Of a DNA stretch of 64,000 bases, positions 29,239-40,677 are shown piece by piece. Location of the stretch: assembly GCA_963845515.1 (NCBI GenBank), contig CAWJSR010000006.1, forward strand, positions 1-64,000. Direction: 5' to 3'. The stretch comes from an uncultured delta proteobacterium. Its GTDB lineage: Bacteria > Myxococcota > Myxococcia > Myxococcales > Anaeromyxobacteraceae. The translations under genes and the position numbers were made by a program. How positions within the stretch are numbered: position 1 is the stretch's first letter; each line of letters begins with the position of its first letter. The notes below the pieces were generated by a model. The model did no database searches. It was not told the origin of the DNA and saw only the letters and a list, made by a program, of their open reading frames with translations.

Positions 29239-30146
29239 CGGCCGCCCGCGCACCGGAGAGGAGGACCGCCCTGAGCTCCGATCACCGCATGCCCCGCCAG
29301 CTCGGGCTCGTGGGGCTCGGCCTGATGGGCGCGTCGCTCGCCCGCGCAGTCCGCGCCCTCTCGCCGGGCGTCCGGATCGTGGCTGTCGAGCCGCGCGACG
29401 AGGTCCGCGAGCGGGCGCTCGCCGACGGCGTGGTCGACGAGGCCGTCGCGGCGCCCGACGCCGCGCTCTCGGCGTGCGACCTGACCGTCATCTGCACCCC
29501 GGTGGCCACCATCGAGGCGATGCTCGGCCCGGTCTCCAGGCTGCTCGCGGACGGCGCGATCCTCACCGACGTCGGCGGCGCCAAGGAGCGGCTGGTCCAG
29601 CTCGCGCGGAGCGAGGTGCGCCCCGGCGTCCGCTTCGTCGCCGCGCACCCGATGTTCGGTGGCCACGGCGGCTACGAGGGCGCGCGCGCCGACCTCTGGA
29701 AGGGGGGCTCGGTGGCGATCTGCACCGACGGCGAGCCAGGCGCGGTGGAGCGGGTCGCGGAGTTCCACGGGGCCCTCGGCGCCTCGCCGGTCCACTGCAC
29801 CGCCGCGGAGCACGACGCCGCCGTGGCGATGGTCTCGCACCTGCCCTACCTGCTCGCGAGCGCGCTCGCGGCGGCGACCGAAGCCGCCGGCCCCCTCGCC
29901 CGGCGCCTCGCGGGCCCGGGGCTGCGCGACACGACGCGGCTCGCAGCCTTCCCGTTCGACATCCAGGGAGAGGTGGCGCGACGCAACGCGCACATCCCCG
30001 CCGCGGCGGTGAAGCTGGAGATCCAGCTCCAGCGGATCCTGGCCGCGGTCACCGCCTCGCCCGAGGCCGCCCGCCAGGCGCTGGAGGCGGCGCGCCTGGC
30101 GCGCGAGTCCATCTTCCCGGCGCCGGCCCCAGGAGAGAAGCGATGA
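29235..30146 (+). CDS. tyrA: Prephenate/arogenate dehydrogenase
   Basis: [41 protein letters not shown]. Confidence 0.88.
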   Translation: MTAARAPERRTALSSDHRMPRQLGLVGLGLMGASLARAVRALSPGVRIVAVEPRDEVRERALADGVVDEAVAAPDAALSACDLTVICTPVATIEAMLGPVSRLLADGAILTDVGGAKERLVQLARSEVRPGVRFVAAHPMFGGHGGYEGARADLWKGGSVAICTDGEPGAVERVAEFHGALGASPVHCTAAEHDAAVAMVSHLPYLLASALAAATEAAGPLARRLAGPGLRDTTRLAAFPFDIQGEVARRNAHIPAAAVKLEIQLQRILAAVTASPEAARQALEAARLARESIFPAPAPGEKR

Positions 30147-31447
30147 ACGGTCCGATGATCTGCAGGCGCCGCGGCCCGGTCCTCGGCGCCATCACCGTCC
30201 CCGGGGACAAGTCGATCTCCCACCGGTCGCTCCTCTTCGGCGCGCTCGCAGTCGGCGAGACGCGCGTCACCGGCCTCCTCGACGCCGAGGACGTCCACTC
30301 CACGCGCAAGGCGGTGGAGCGGATGGGGGCGATCGTCCGCGTCGACGGGGACGAGATCGTCGTCACGCCGCCGGAGACGCTCGGCGAGCCTGACGACGTC
30401 ATCGACTGCGGCAACTCCGGGACGAGCCTCCGGCTCCTCACCGGCGTCCTCTCCGGCCTCCCCGGCCTCGCCGTCCTGACGGGCGACGCCTCGCTCCGCC
30501 GCCGGCCGGTCCGGAGGGTCGTCGAGCCGCTCCGCAAGATGGGGGCCGACCTCTCCGCGCGCGCCGGCGATCGCCTGCCGCCCGTCGTGGTGAAGGGGAA
30601 GCAGCTGAAGGGCTTCCACCACCGGCTCGAGGTGGCGAGCGCGCAGGTGAAGAGCGCCTGCCTCCTCGCCGGCCTCTTCGCCGAAGGGGAGACGACCGTG
30701 GTCGAGCCGGCCCTCTCGCGAGACCACACCGAGCGGATGCTGCGCGGGATGGGGGTGTCCCTGCGCGTGGAGGGGCTCTCCGTCACCGTCGTTCCCGGCC
30801 GCCCGAAGGGGACGCGCGTCGACGTGCCGGGCGACATCTCGTCGGGCGCCTTCTTCCTCTGCGCCGCCGCCGCGTTGCCGGGCTCTAAGGTGACGGTGAC
30901 GAACCTGGGCGTGAACCCGACCCGCACCGGCCTGCTCGACGTCCTCGAGGCGATGGGGGCGAAGGTGACGCGCGCGAACGAGCGCGTCGTCGCCGGGGAG
31001 CCGCGCGCCGACGTGACGGTCGAAGCGACGGAGCTCCGCGCCACCGAGATCCGGGGCGACATCATCCCGCGGCTGATCGACGAGCTGCCGGTGATCATGG
31101 TGATGGCGACCCAGGCGCGAGGGAGGACCGTCATCCGCGACGCGAAGGAGCTGCGGGTGAAGGAGTCCGACCGGCTCGCGGCGATGGGGGAGACGCTCGC
31201 GGCGGCTGGCGCGAAGATCGAGCTCTTCGATGACGGCTGCGCGATCGAGGGTCCGACGCCGCTCCGGGGCGTGCAGGTCAAGACGCGGCTCGACCACCGG
31301 ATCGCGATGTCGATGGCGGTGGCGCAGCTCCTCGCCGGCGGCGAGGCCGTCGAGCTCGACGACGTCTCCTGCGTCGCCACCAGCTTCCCCAGCTTCTTCC
31401 GCCTCCTCGACGAAGTGACGGGCGGTGCGGCGGAGGGGACCCGGTGA
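30143..31447 (+). CDS. aroA: 3-phosphoshikimate 1-carboxyvinyltransferase
   Basis: [37 protein letters not shown]. Confidence 0.95.
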   Translation: MNGPMICRRRGPVLGAITVPGDKSISHRSLLFGALAVGETRVTGLLDAEDVHSTRKAVERMGAIVRVDGDEIVVTPPETLGEPDDVIDCGNSGTSLRLLTGVLSGLPGLAVLTGDASLRRRPVRRVVEPLRKMGADLSARAGDRLPPVVVKGKQLKGFHHRLEVASAQVKSACLLAGLFAEGETTVVEPALSRDHTERMLRGMGVSLRVEGLSVTVVPGRPKGTRVDVPGDISSGAFFLCAAAALPGSKVTVTNLGVNPTRTGLLDVLEAMGAKVTRANERVVAGEPRADVTVEATELRATEIRGDIIPRLIDELPVIMVMATQARGRTVIRDAKELRVKESDRLAAMGETLAAAGAKIELFDDGCAIEGPTPLRGVQVKTRLDHRIAMSMAVAQLLAGGEAVELDDVSCVATSFPSFFRLLDEVTGGAAEGTR

Positions 31448-32273
31448 TCTCGGGTAAGACCGCCCTCTACGGCGTCGTCGGCCACCCGATCGGCCACTCG
31501 CGGTCGCCGGCGATGCAGAACGCCGCCTTCGCGCAGCTCGGCGTCGACGCCGTCTTCGTCGCGCTCCCAGTCGAGCCCGGCAGGCTCGCCGAGGCGCTTC
31601 GTGGCGCCCACGCCCTCGGGTTCCGGGGGCTCAACGTTACCGTGCCGCACAAGCAGGAGGCGGTCGGCCTGTGCAGGGAGCTCGACCCGGTCGCGCGCGC
31701 GGTGGGGGCGGTCAACACGCTCAGGCGGGCCGGCGAGGGCTGGGAGGGCTTCAACACCGACGCCCCGGCGACGCTCCAGCTCCTCGACGGTGCTGGGCTC
31801 GTCCGCGGGGGGAGGGTCCTCCTCCTGGGCGCCGGCGGCGTCGCGCGCGCGGCGGCCTGGGCGGCGCTCTCGATGGGTGCCGAGCTGCTGGTCGCAGCGC
31901 GGCGCGCCGAGGCCGCGGCGGCGCTCTGCAGCGAGGCGCTCGCCGCCCGGCGAGGGGAAGGGCGCGCGACGCCGATCCGCTGGGACCAGGCGGCGGCCGA
32001 GTCGGCGCGCTGCGACGCCATCGTCAACGCCACCACCATCGGCCTCGCCCAGCACCACTCGGGCGAGCTGCCCCCCTCTCGCTCGCCGAGGGGGTGGTGG
32101 TGGTCGACTACGTCTACGGCGACACAGCCTTCGTCCGCGCCGCGCGCGCCGCGAAGGCGCGTGTCGTCACGGGCGAGGAGCTCCTGGTGCGCCAGGGGGC
32201 CCTCGCCTTCAGCCTGTGGCTCGGCCAGCCCGCGCCCGAGGCGGTGATGTCCGCCGCTGCTGGAGGAAAGTGA
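31444..32273 (+). CDS. aroE: Shikimate dehydrogenase (frameshift in a C run near 32075)
   Basis: [39 protein letters not shown]...LLVRQG in a shifted frame. Confidence 0.9.
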
Positions 32274-33418
32274 TGACGCTCCGCTACCTCACCGCCGGCG
32301 AGTCGCACGGTCCGGCCCTCTCGGCCATCGCCGAGGGCTTCCCCGCCGGTCTCACCATCGACTTCGAGCAGGTGAACCACGACCTGCGCCGCCGCCAGAA
32401 GGGGTACGGCCGCGGCGGACGCATGAAGATCGAGACCGACTCCGCCCAGTTCCTCTCCGGCATCCGCGGCGGGACCACGCTCGGCTCCCCCATCGCGCTC
32501 GTCGTCTGGAACAAGGACCACGAGAACTGGAAGGAGCTGGTCTCGCCGTACGCGCGTGGAGGAAAGAAGCTGACCGAGGTCCGGCCCGGCCACGCCGACC
32601 TCGCCGGCGCGCTCAAGTACGGGCTCGGTGACGCGCGCGACGTGCTGGAGCGGGCGAGCGCGCGCTCCACCGCCGCGACCGTCGCGCTCGGATCGCTCGC
32701 CAAGCAGCTCCTCACCCACTTCCGGGTGCGGATCACCTCGCGCGTCGTCCAGGTGGGCGAGCGCGCGCTCGCCTTCGCGGGGCCGCCGACCAGCGCCGAG
32801 CTGGGCAGGATCGAGGCCAGCGAGCTCCACATCGAGGATCCGCTGGCCGAGGCCGAGTGGAAGGCGATCGTGGACCGGGAGCGGGAGCGCGGAGGCTCCG
32901 TCGGCGGCGCCTTCGAGGTCTACGCCGAGGGGCTCCCGATCGGGCTCGGCAGCCACGTGCACCCGGATCGCCGGCTCGACGCCAGGCTGGGCGCGGCGCT
33001 GCTCGGGGTCCAGGCGATCCGCGCCGTCGAGGTCGGGTCCGGCACGCGGGTCGACCTGCCGGGCGACCAGTTCCACGACGCGATCCTGTTCGACCCGGTC
33101 CGCGGCTTCTACCGCGAGACCAACCGCGCCGGCGGCCTCGAGGGCGGCATGACCGACGGGATGCCGGTCTGCCTCCGGGCCTACATGAAGCCGATCCCCA
33201 CGATGCTCAAGCCGCTCCCGACCGTGGATCTCGAGACGCGCGAGGCGCGCCAGGCACGGTACGAGCGGAGCGACGTCTGCGCAGTCCCCGCCGCGGCCGT
33301 CGTCTGCGAGGCGGTGGTCGCCTGGACCCTGGCCGACGCGTTCCTCGAGAAGTTCGGCGGCGACTGCATCGCCGACGTGGAGAAGGCAGTCGAAGCCTAT
33401 GCCGCTCGGATCGCGTGA
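32273..33418 (+). CDS. aroC: Chorismate synthase
   Basis: TAGESHG, RPGHAD, ERASAR, GGLEGGM, MKPIPT, ERSDVC. Confidence 0.95.
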   Translation: MTLRYLTAGESHGPALSAIAEGFPAGLTIDFEQVNHDLRRRQKGYGRGGRMKIETDSAQFLSGIRGGTTLGSPIALVVWNKDHENWKELVSPYARGGKKLTEVRPGHADLAGALKYGLGDARDVLERASARSTAATVALGSLAKQLLTHFRVRITSRVVQVGERALAFAGPPTSAELGRIEASELHIEDPLAEAEWKAIVDRERERGGSVGGAFEVYAEGLPIGLGSHVHPDRRLDARLGAALLGVQAIRAVEVGSGTRVDLPGDQFHDAILFDPVRGFYRETNRAGGLEGGMTDGMPVCLRAYMKPIPTMLKPLPTVDLETREARQARYERSDVCAVPAAAVVCEAVVAWTLADAFLEKFGGDCIADVEKAVEAYAARIA

Positions 33419-33887
33419 GCTGCTGGCCCTGGCCGGGATGATGGGCTCGGGGAAGTCGACCGTCGCCCGCCACCTCGGCCGGCTCCTCGGGCGGCGCGTC
33501 GTCGCGCTGGACGAGCGGATCTCGGCGCGAGCCGGGAAGCCCATCCCCGCGATCTTCGCCGAGGACGGCGAGCCGGCGTTTCGCGCGCTGGAGCGCGCCG
33601 AGGTCGCGGCGCTTCGCGGCCCGCTCGTCGCCGACCTCGGTGGCGGCGCCTTCTGCTCCCCGGCGAACGCCGAGCACCTCCTGGGGGTCGGGCGCGTGAT
33701 CTTCCTCGACGTCTCCGCCGCCGAGGCCGCGCGCCGCATCGGCGCCGGCGCCGGCCGCCCGCTCGCGGCGAGCTGGGAGCCGCTGCTCGCTCGCCGCCGA
33801 TCGCTCTACGCGCGCGCGTGGCGGCGGGTCGAGGTCGACGGGCTCACCGCCGAGGCGGTGGCGCAGCGGATCCTGGGGATGCTGTAG
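33399..33887 (+). CDS. aroK: Shikimate kinase
   Basis: [24 protein letters not shown]. Confidence 0.9.
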   Translation: MPLGSRELLALAGMMGSGKSTVARHLGRLLGRRVVALDERISARAGKPIPAIFAEDGEPAFRALERAEVAALRGPLVADLGGGAFCSPANAEHLLGVGRVIFLDVSAAEAARRIGAGAGRPLAASWEPLLARRRSLYARAWRRVEVDGLTAEAVAQRILGML

Positions 33888-33889
33888 CC

Positions 33890-33914
33890 CCCGCTCACCC
33901 GGTGGGGGAGCGGG
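33890..33914. repeat. Degenerate REP-like palindrome
   Basis: CCCGCTCACCC-GGT-GGGGGAGCGGG; related to copies at 36580 and 56905. Confidence 0.4.
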
Positions 33915-33966
33915 AGACCGCTGGAGGGCCGGTTGTGGTCTATTGGCCCCGGAGGAAGGTCACGGC

Positions 33967-35073
33967 ATGGAGATCATCGAGGCGCGCCAGGGCGAGCACG
34001 AGTACGAGGTCCACGTCGGCGAAGGTGCGCCCGACGGGCTCGCGGCGCTCGCGGCGGGGTACGACAAGGTCGCGATCGTCTCCTGCGCGCGCGTCCTGCG
34101 GACGCCCATCGCCAGGCGGCTGCTGAAGAAGCTCCAGCGCGAGGCGCCGGTGGTGCTCGTCCACGCGCTGCCCGACGGGGAGCGGGGCAAGACGCTCGCA
34201 GAGCTGGAGCGCGCCTCGGTGAAGCTGCTGCGCGCCGGCGCGACGCGGCGCAGCCTCGTGGTGTCGCTCGGCGGCGGCGCGGTCTCGGACGCCGCCGGGT
34301 TCCTCGCGGCGACCTTCATGCGCGGCATCTCCTGGGCGGCCGCGCCGACGACGCTCCTCTCGATGGTGGACGCAGCGATCGGCGGGAAGACGGGCGTCAA
34401 CCTGCCCGTCGCCAAGAACGCCGTCGGCGCGTTCCACCCGCCGGTGGCCGTCCTCGCCGACCCGCGGGCCCTCTCCACGCTGCCGGCGCGCGAGCTGCGC
34501 TCGGGGATGGGGGAGGTGCTCAAGTACGCGGCGCTGGAGCCGGCGATGATGGGGAAGGTCGCCGCCGTCCGGAAGGGATCGATCCCCTCCGCGGAGCTGA
34601 TCGCCGCCTGCGCGCGCGCGAAGGTCGCGGTGGTGCAGGCCGACCCTCGCGAGAAGGGGGCGCGAAAGCTCCTGAACCTCGGCCACACCTTCGGCCACGG
34701 CGTCGAGGCCGCCGGCGCCTTCGAGCGGTACACGCACGGCGAGGCGGTCGCGGTCGGCCTCGCCTTCGCGTTCAGGCTGTCGGCCATCCTCGGCCGGATC
34801 GGCCCGCTCGCGATCGCCGAGGTGGAGCAGGCGGTCGCCGGGACGGGGCTGCCGATCCGCGTCCCGGGAGCGGTGGCGAAGCGGGCCGCAGCGCTGATGG
34901 GGTTCGACAAGAAGCGGACGGCGGCCGGCCTGCGCTGGGTCCTCCCGGTCCAGGACGGGGCCACGTGGAAGGTGCTCTGGGACGTCGCCGCGCCGGACGA
35001 GGCGGTGGCGGAGGCTGTGCGCGAGATCTCGGAGCCCGCTGAGCGGCGCTCCGCAAAGGGGAGACGACGATGA
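33967..35073 (+). CDS. aroB: 3-dehydroquinate synthase
   Basis: [40 protein letters not shown]. Confidence 0.93.
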   Translation: MEIIEARQGEHEYEVHVGEGAPDGLAALAAGYDKVAIVSCARVLRTPIARRLLKKLQREAPVVLVHALPDGERGKTLAELERASVKLLRAGATRRSLVVSLGGGAVSDAAGFLAATFMRGISWAAAPTTLLSMVDAAIGGKTGVNLPVAKNAVGAFHPPVAVLADPRALSTLPARELRSGMGEVLKYAALEPAMMGKVAAVRKGSIPSAELIAACARAKVAVVQADPREKGARKLLNLGHTFGHGVEAAGAFERYTHGEAVAVGLAFAFRLSAILGRIGPLAIAEVEQAVAGTGLPIRVPGAVAKRAAALMGFDKKRTAAGLRWVLPVQDGATWKVLWDVAAPDEAVAEAVREISEPAERRSAKGRRR

Positions 35074-35507
35074 TCCTGCTGGTCAACGGTCCCAACCTGA
35101 ACCTGCTGGGCGAGCGCGAGCCGGAGATCTACGGCCGCACGACGCTGGCGGAGATCGAGGCGATGGTCCGGAAGGCGGCGGAGGGGTGGAAGGTCAAGAT
35201 CGAGCCCTTCCAGTCGAACTCGGAGGGCGCCCTCATCGACTTCATCCAGTCGAAGCGGAAGGAGGCGAAGGGGATCATCATCAACCCCGGCGCCCTGACC
35301 CACACGAGCGCCGCCCTCCACGACTGCCTGAAGTCGGTGCCCTGCCCGGCGGTCGAGGTCCACCTCTCGAACCTGCACACGCGCGAGGAGTGGCGGCGAA
35401 CGAGCGTCACGGCCGCCGCCTGCCGTGGCCAGATCACCGGGCTCGGGCCGCGCGGGTACCTCCTCGCTGCCGAGTGGCTCTGCGCCGAGATGGTGACGAA
35501 GCGCTGA
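35070..35507 (+). CDS. aroQ: Type II 3-dehydroquinate dehydratase
   Basis: [31 protein letters not shown]. Confidence 0.95.
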   Translation: MILLVNGPNLNLLGEREPEIYGRTTLAEIEAMVRKAAEGWKVKIEPFQSNSEGALIDFIQSKRKEAKGIIINPGALTHTSAALHDCLKSVPCPAVEVHLSNLHTREEWRRTSVTAAACRGQITGLGPRGYLLAAEWLCAEMVTKR

Positions 35508-35529
35508 CCCTGCCGGGGTCGGAGGGCTG

Positions 35530-36534
35530 ATGGCGCGGGTCGCGGTCCTGATGCCCGCGCGAGACGCGGCGCGCACGGTGCGTGCGGCCGCGTCCTCGAT
35601 CCTGCGCCAGACCTTCTCCGACCTCTCGCTGATCGCGGTGGACGACGGCTCGACCGACGCCACGCCGGAGGTGCTCCACGGGCTCGCGGAGCGCGACGGC
35701 CGGGTGACGATCGTGCGGGCGCCTGGCGAGGGGATCGCCAGGGCGCTCAACCGCGGCCTGGCCCTCTGCGACGCGCCGTTCGTCGCGCGGATGGACGCGG
35801 ACGACCTCGCCCACCCTCAGCGCCTGGCCATCCAGCTCGAGGCGCTGGCGGCAGATCCCGCCCTGGCCGCTGCCGGCTCGCAGGTGAAGCTCTTCCCCCG
35901 CCGGGTCCTGCGGCCGGGGATGATCCGGTACGCCGGCTGGCTCAACGGGCTCACCTCCAGCGCGCTGGTCGAGCGCGACCTCTTCGTCGAGGCGCCGCTC
36001 GTCCACCCGGCGTCGGTGATTCGGCGCGAGGCCCTGGAGAAGGCTGGAGGGTGGCGCGACGGCCCGTTCCCCGAGGACTACGACCTCTGGCTGAGGCTCG
36101 CCGAGGCGGGCGGCTCGCTGACCAACGTCCCGCGGGTGCTGCTGGGCTGGCGCGAGTCGGGCGCACGCCTGACCAGGACCGACGGACGCTACTCGCTCCC
36201 CTGCCACCGCGCGCTCAAGGCGGCGGCGCTCGCGCGCACCTGGCTCTGCGGCAAGCGGGAGGTCGCCGTCTGGGGCGCAGGGGAGACGGGGAAGGCGATC
36301 GCCGACGCGCTCGCCGCCGAGGGGGTGCGGGCCGTCCTCTTCGTGGAGGTGGACCGGAAGAAGATTGGCAGGACCGCGCGCGGCGCGCCGGTCGTCGGGA
36401 TCGATCGGCTCGACCGGGCCCGCGGCCTGCCGCTCCTCGTGGCGGTCGGCGCCCCGGGCGCCCGCGACCTCATCCGGGCCGAGCTCCTCCGGGCCGGCTG
36501 GTTGGAGGTCCGCGACTTCCGCTGCGTGGCGTGA
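35530..36534 (+). CDS. Glycosyltransferase family 2
   Basis: VDDGSTD, ARMDADD, EDYDLWLR; Rossmann-like C-terminus. Confidence 0.9.
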   Translation: MARVAVLMPARDAARTVRAAASSILRQTFSDLSLIAVDDGSTDATPEVLHGLAERDGRVTIVRAPGEGIARALNRGLALCDAPFVARMDADDLAHPQRLAIQLEALAADPALAAAGSQVKLFPRRVLRPGMIRYAGWLNGLTSSALVERDLFVEAPLVHPASVIRREALEKAGGWRDGPFPEDYDLWLRLAEAGGSLTNVPRVLLGWRESGARLTRTDGRYSLPCHRALKAAALARTWLCGKREVAVWGAGETGKAIADALAAEGVRAVLFVEVDRKKIGRTARGAPVVGIDRLDRARGLPLLVAVGAPGARDLIRAELLRAGWLEVRDFRCVA

Positions 36535-36579
36535 GGCCCAGGAGGCACGGGGCGCGAGGGGCTCCCTCCTGGATTCATC

Positions 36580-36604
36580 CCCTCTCCCCCACCGGGGGAG
36601 AGGG
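36580..36604. repeat. REP-like palindrome
   Basis: CCCTCTCCCCC-ACC-GGGGGAGAGGG, perfect 11-bp stem. Confidence 0.6.
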
Positions 36605-36666
36605 AAGGGGAGCGGGGGCAACTCGGCGCCTTGCCCCGGCGGGCACGCTGCTCCAACATCCGGGCG

Positions 36667-37723
36667 GTGCCACCCCCGTTCGACGCCGGTGCCTTCCGCC
36701 ACGAGCTGACCCAGCGGGTCGGCGTCGGCGGTGGAGCGGCTCCGTGCCGAGATCGGGACCGAGCACCTCTACTCGGTCGCCCTCGTCCTCAGTGGGGAGG
36801 AGCGCTTCACCTGGGTGGCCGTCTCGGCCAACACCGAGGAGGGGCTGGCGCGGCGCGCGGCGGTGCTCGCGGCGGAGGATCCCCGCTACAACGGCGACTC
36901 CGGCAAGCGGCTCCTGCGCTGGTACACGCCACGGTGGGCGTGGCACGACTTCGCCCCCGAGGTGCGCGCGCTCGCGCTCCCCGACCTCGCGACGCGGACG
37001 CCGGCGCAGGACAAGGCGATCTACGACGCCCTGGTCGGCGCGCTCCGGTCGCTCGACCGCGCCGACTACTTCGGACGTGGCGCAGATCGGTGCTTCCTCG
37101 CGCTCGCGGTCACGTGCCCGCACGCCAGCAAGGAGTTCTTCCTGAAGGGGCTGCGGCTGCTCAACCCGCGTCCCGTCCTGGATCGCCACCTCCACGAGTC
37201 GTCCCCGGAGCCGCTCGTCCGCTGCGTCAACCGGGCGCTGCGGCGCGAGCGGCTGCGCATCTGGCTGGCGCTCTACGAGGACCTCTACATGGAGTGGAAC
37301 ACGCCGATCTCCGAGGAGGCGCGCTCGCGCGGGATCTCGCCGTGGGAGGTGGAGGAGCAGCTCGTGAAGTTCGGGGCGAAGGCGGTCCCGCACCTCATCG
37401 ATCTCGTCTCGCACTACGGCTTCGCGAGCGCCTTCGACAAGAGCCGGGAGCTGGAGACGCGCGAGGTCTGGCTCGCCGGGAGCGCCCTCTTCCTGGTGCG
37501 CAGGATCGGGCTGGTCACGGACCGCGACCTCCTGCGCCTCCAGCGGCTCGTCGGGGAGTTCGTGGAGCGCGACCGGCGGCTGCGCGTCGCCTCGACGCTG
37601 GCCGAGAACACGGCGCGCGTGCTCCACGCCCTGCGCCCCCGCCGCTTTCCGCCCACCGAGATGCACCCAAACACCTTCAAGCTGCTCAACCCGGAGCCGT
37701 TCCTGCCGGGCGCTAGTCCCTGA
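36667..37723 (+). CDS. Hypothetical protein, DUF4303-like N-terminus (frameshift near 36725)
   Basis: GC3-biased frame; LYSVAL...SANTEEGL...LRW and ALRSLD..DYFG pattern recalled from DUF4303. Confidence 0.5.
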
Positions 37724-38771
37724 CCCAGTGGCACGTGTAGCCGCCCGGGTTCTTCACCAGGTAGTCCTGGTGGTACTCCTCGGCCCGGTACCAGGGGCCG
37801 GCCGGCGCGATCTGCGTCACGACGGGCCGCTTCCACTTGCCGCTCGCGTCCACCTCGGCCTTCACCTTCTCGGCGACCAGGCGCTGCTCCTCGGAGGAGT
37901 AGAAGATCGCGCTCCGGTACTGGGAGCCGACGTCGTTCCCCTGCCGGTTGAGCGTCGTGGGATCGTGGATCCGGAAGAAGAACCGCAGCAGCGCCTCGTA
38001 GCTGGTCTTGCTGGCGTCGAAGACGATCCGGACCGCCTCGGCGTGGCCGCTCTTGCCGTCGTGGGTGTCCTCGTACCTCGGGTTCGCAAGGGTGCCGCCC
38101 GTGTAGCCGACCTCGACGCGGGTCACGCCGGGCTGCTTGCGCAGCAGGTCCTCCATCCCCCAGAAGCAGCCGCCGGCGAGCGTGGCGATCTCCTCCGTCG
38201 CGCCCTTCTGCGCGATCCCGAAGAGCGGCAGGAAGCGGCCGTACCCCTCCTTCTCCAGGTCGGCGACCGGGACGAAGCGGAGGCTCGCCGAGTTGATGCA
38301 GTAGCGGAGCCCCGTCGGGCGCGGGCCGTCGTCGAAGACGTGGCCGAGGTGTGAGTCGCCGAGCTTCGAGCGGACCTCGGTCCGGACCATCCCGAGCCCT
38401 GCGTCGCGCTTCTCGACGACCTTCGTCCCCTCGATCGGACGGGTGAAGCTGGGCCAGCCGGTGCCTGAGTCGAACTTGTCCTTCGAGCTGAAGAGCGGCT
38501 CGCCGCTCACGACGTCGACGTAGATGCCATCGCCGTGCTCGTTCCAGTAGGCGTTCTGGAACGGCGGCTCCGTCCCGCACTCCTGGGTCACGTGGAACTG
38601 CATCGGCGTGAGCTTCGACTTGAGCTCCGCCTTCCCTGGTGTGGGGGTCTTCACGTTGGCCTCGGCCGGGGCGGGCGTCGCGCCTGGTGCCGTGCGGGAC
38701 GCGGCGACGGCGATCGTCGCGACCGCCGCAGCTCCGGCGAGGATTCCCACAAGCGACCGACTCCAGCGCAC
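37713..38771 (-). CDS. msrAB: Exported bifunctional methionine sulfoxide reductase MsrB-MsrA
   Basis: GGAGG RBS, signal peptide; GTGWPSF, HLGHVF, RYCINS (MsrB); [14 protein letters not shown] (MsrA). Confidence 0.93.
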   Translation of the reverse strand: MRWSRSLVGILAGAAAVATIAVAASRTAPGATPAPAEANVKTPTPGKAELKSKLTPMQFHVTQECGTEPPFQNAYWNEHGDGIYVDVVSGEPLFSSKDKFDSGTGWPSFTRPIEGTKVVEKRDAGLGMVRTEVRSKLGDSHLGHVFDDGPRPTGLRYCINSASLRFVPVADLEKEGYGRFLPLFGIAQKGATEEIATLAGGCFWGMEDLLRKQPGVTRVEVGYTGGTLANPRYEDTHDGKSGHAEAVRIVFDASKTSYEALLRFFFRIHDPTTLNRQGNDVGSQYRSAIFYSSEEQRLVAEKVKAEVDASGKWKRPVVTQIAPAGPWYRAEEYHQDYLVKNPGGYTCHWVRD

Positions 38772-38957
38772 CCAGTCCTCCGGTCCGGATGGCATAACGC
38801 CGGCCGGGCGGCGACGCAGCGCCCGCGGCGGGGCGCGCTCCCCGCTCACGGGCTGGTCGAGGACGTCTGGCGCAGCCGGCAGGAAGGCGCGCTAGACTGC
38901 CCGCACTATCAGGAAAAAGACTACACTCCAGCCTCACTTCAGCATGGAGCCCGCAAG

Positions 38958-39269
38958 ATGAATCGTTGCGCAAGCCTCTTCCTGGCGCTGTTGACGATCA
39001 CCTCGTGCTCGCGGTCTCCGCCGCAGCGCTCAGCCGCCAACGCCGTCCGGATTTCTGGGACGGTCCTCGAGCGGCTCGATGCGCCACCGCACACCTTCGT
39101 CCGGCTCGAGACCGCAGAGGGAGCGTTGTGGGCCGCGGTCCCCGTCACGGACGCCAGGATGGGGAAGGAGATTACGATCGTCAACGCGATGCCCTTGAAG
39201 GGCTTCGAGGCGAAGTCCCTCGGTAGGAGGTTCGAGCTGGTCTACTTCGGCACGCAGGTCGGGAACTGA
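38958..39269 (+). CDS. Small lipoprotein, possible OB fold
   Basis: ITSC lipobox; GTVLE...TFVRL...WAAVP...FEAKSLGRRFELVYFG. Confidence 0.6.
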   Translation: MNRCASLFLALLTITSCSRSPPQRSAANAVRISGTVLERLDAPPHTFVRLETAEGALWAAVPVTDARMGKEITIVNAMPLKGFEAKSLGRRFELVYFGTQVGN

Positions 39270-39412
39270 ACCTGGGCAACCGGTGGTCGGCTCGGACGTT
39301 CGACCGACCGCCCCAGTAGGGGCCCAGTCACGACAGCCTTGACAGTCTCACTGCGAGTAAGTTCTCTACGCGTCACACGGCTGCAAGAGGACTTGCCGAG
39401 GGGGGGGACGAA

Positions 39413-40126
39413 ACCAACGCGAACGGCCAGATTGTGTGGACGGCGCAGACTCGGCCGTACGGGGAAGTCTTCGAGACCACGACGCCCGACCCTCTCTCAG
39501 GGCGGACGGTCGTGACGAACCTGCGGCTGCCGGGGCAGTACGACGAGAGGCTGCTGGGGACGCTCGGGTTGCAGGGGCCGTACTACAACTGGAACCGGTG
39601 GTACTTGCCGTCCGTGGGGAGGTATCTGGAGCTGGACCCGATCGCGAGGGCGGGTGGGTTCAACGGGTTCTACGGGCCGAACTGGTACGGGTATGCGGAG
39701 GGGAATCCGCTCAAGTACTCTGACCGGACCGGTCTCTATCCGGGGCAGATGCCGCCGCCGCCGCCACTCTACGATCCCAATTTCTGGCACGTGGGGCAGT
39801 TCGACGATGGCACCTGGTACCTGAGGGATCCCAACGGGCGATCTTACACGCCCCACGCAGAGGACAAGGGCCACTGGCGGCACTGGGATTGGCGAGATCC
39901 ACCTGGCGGCGGCGGGAGTGGCCGGTGGCCCAACAACTCAAAGAAGCCGCACGAGACCCAGAAGAGGAAGCCTTACGGCGACCAGTGCGCCGCCGATCCG
40001 AGTGGTGACGCACCGGAGTGGACTCCGCCCGAAGGTGGTCCCACGGAGCCATTTAGCCCCCTGTTCTGGGTCCCGGAGCTGCCAATGCTGATCGAGATCC
40101 CAGTCTGGGTGCCGGTCTTTCCGTGA
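39413..40126 (+). pseudogene. Orphan Rhs core fragment with C-terminal toxin domain
   Basis: TNANGQIVW...LRLPGQY...YYNWNRWY...GRYLELDPI...YAEGNPLKYSDRTGL then about 130 aa of unrelated tip; no YD repeats upstream. Confidence 0.85.
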
Positions 40127-40632
40127 CGGAGGGCCAGATGGGCGTGAACGAGAAGATCCGGCTGCGTCGCGAAGAGCTTGGTCTGACCGAAGCCGAGGTG
40201 GCTCGGCACGCCGGGCTTTCGCGGAGCGAATACTACGACGTGGAAGCCTACGCCGACGAGGCGTTCAGCGTAGTCGAGCTTGGCAATCTCCGAGCGCTTT
40301 GCGAGGCGCTCCAGATGGATCCGCTCGCTCTATTCGACCTCGGGAACTCTGCGGGAGTAGTGGGAGACGAGGCCCCCGGAATGAAGCCGCTGGAACGCAA
40401 CGACCTGGTTCGCGCCAGGCGAGGTGCGCTGGGGATGTCAGAAGAGCAGCTCGCGGACCGCATCGGATTCGAGGTCGTAGCGGTCAATGAGATGGAGAGG
40501 AATCCAGCCTTCCTGGATGGGTGGCCGATGCAGTTGATCGTGGAGTTGGCCGCGATCCTCGGAGTTCCCCCTCGATTGCTAGTGAATGCGCAGCCGAGTA
40601 CACGCTCGACTTCGGTGGAAGCGATGCCGTAG
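40123..40632 (+). CDS. Protein with two XRE/Cro-type HTH domains
   Basis: IRLRREELGLTEAEVA...LCEALQM and VRARRGALGMSEEQLADRIG...LAAILGV; GTGA overlap with the Rhs stop. Confidence 0.75.
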   Translation: MTEGQMGVNEKIRLRREELGLTEAEVARHAGLSRSEYYDVEAYADEAFSVVELGNLRALCEALQMDPLALFDLGNSAGVVGDEAPGMKPLERNDLVRARRGALGMSEEQLADRIGFEVVAVNEMERNPAFLDGWPMQLIVELAAILGVPPRLLVNAQPSTRSTSVEAMP

Positions 40633-40677
40633 TGCGTGCTTCAAAGCGGTCGCGTGGCGGATGGCCGAAACCGCACG

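Noticed and set aside
39339..39370. TTGACA as a sigma70 promoter for the Rhs fragment
   Set aside because: No acceptable -10 hexamer at 16-18 bp spacing.
39280..39410. tRNA remnant, dif site or attC at the left edge of the mobile patch
   Set aside because: Only one imperfect hairpin; no cloverleaf, XerCD arms or paired attC core sites recognised.
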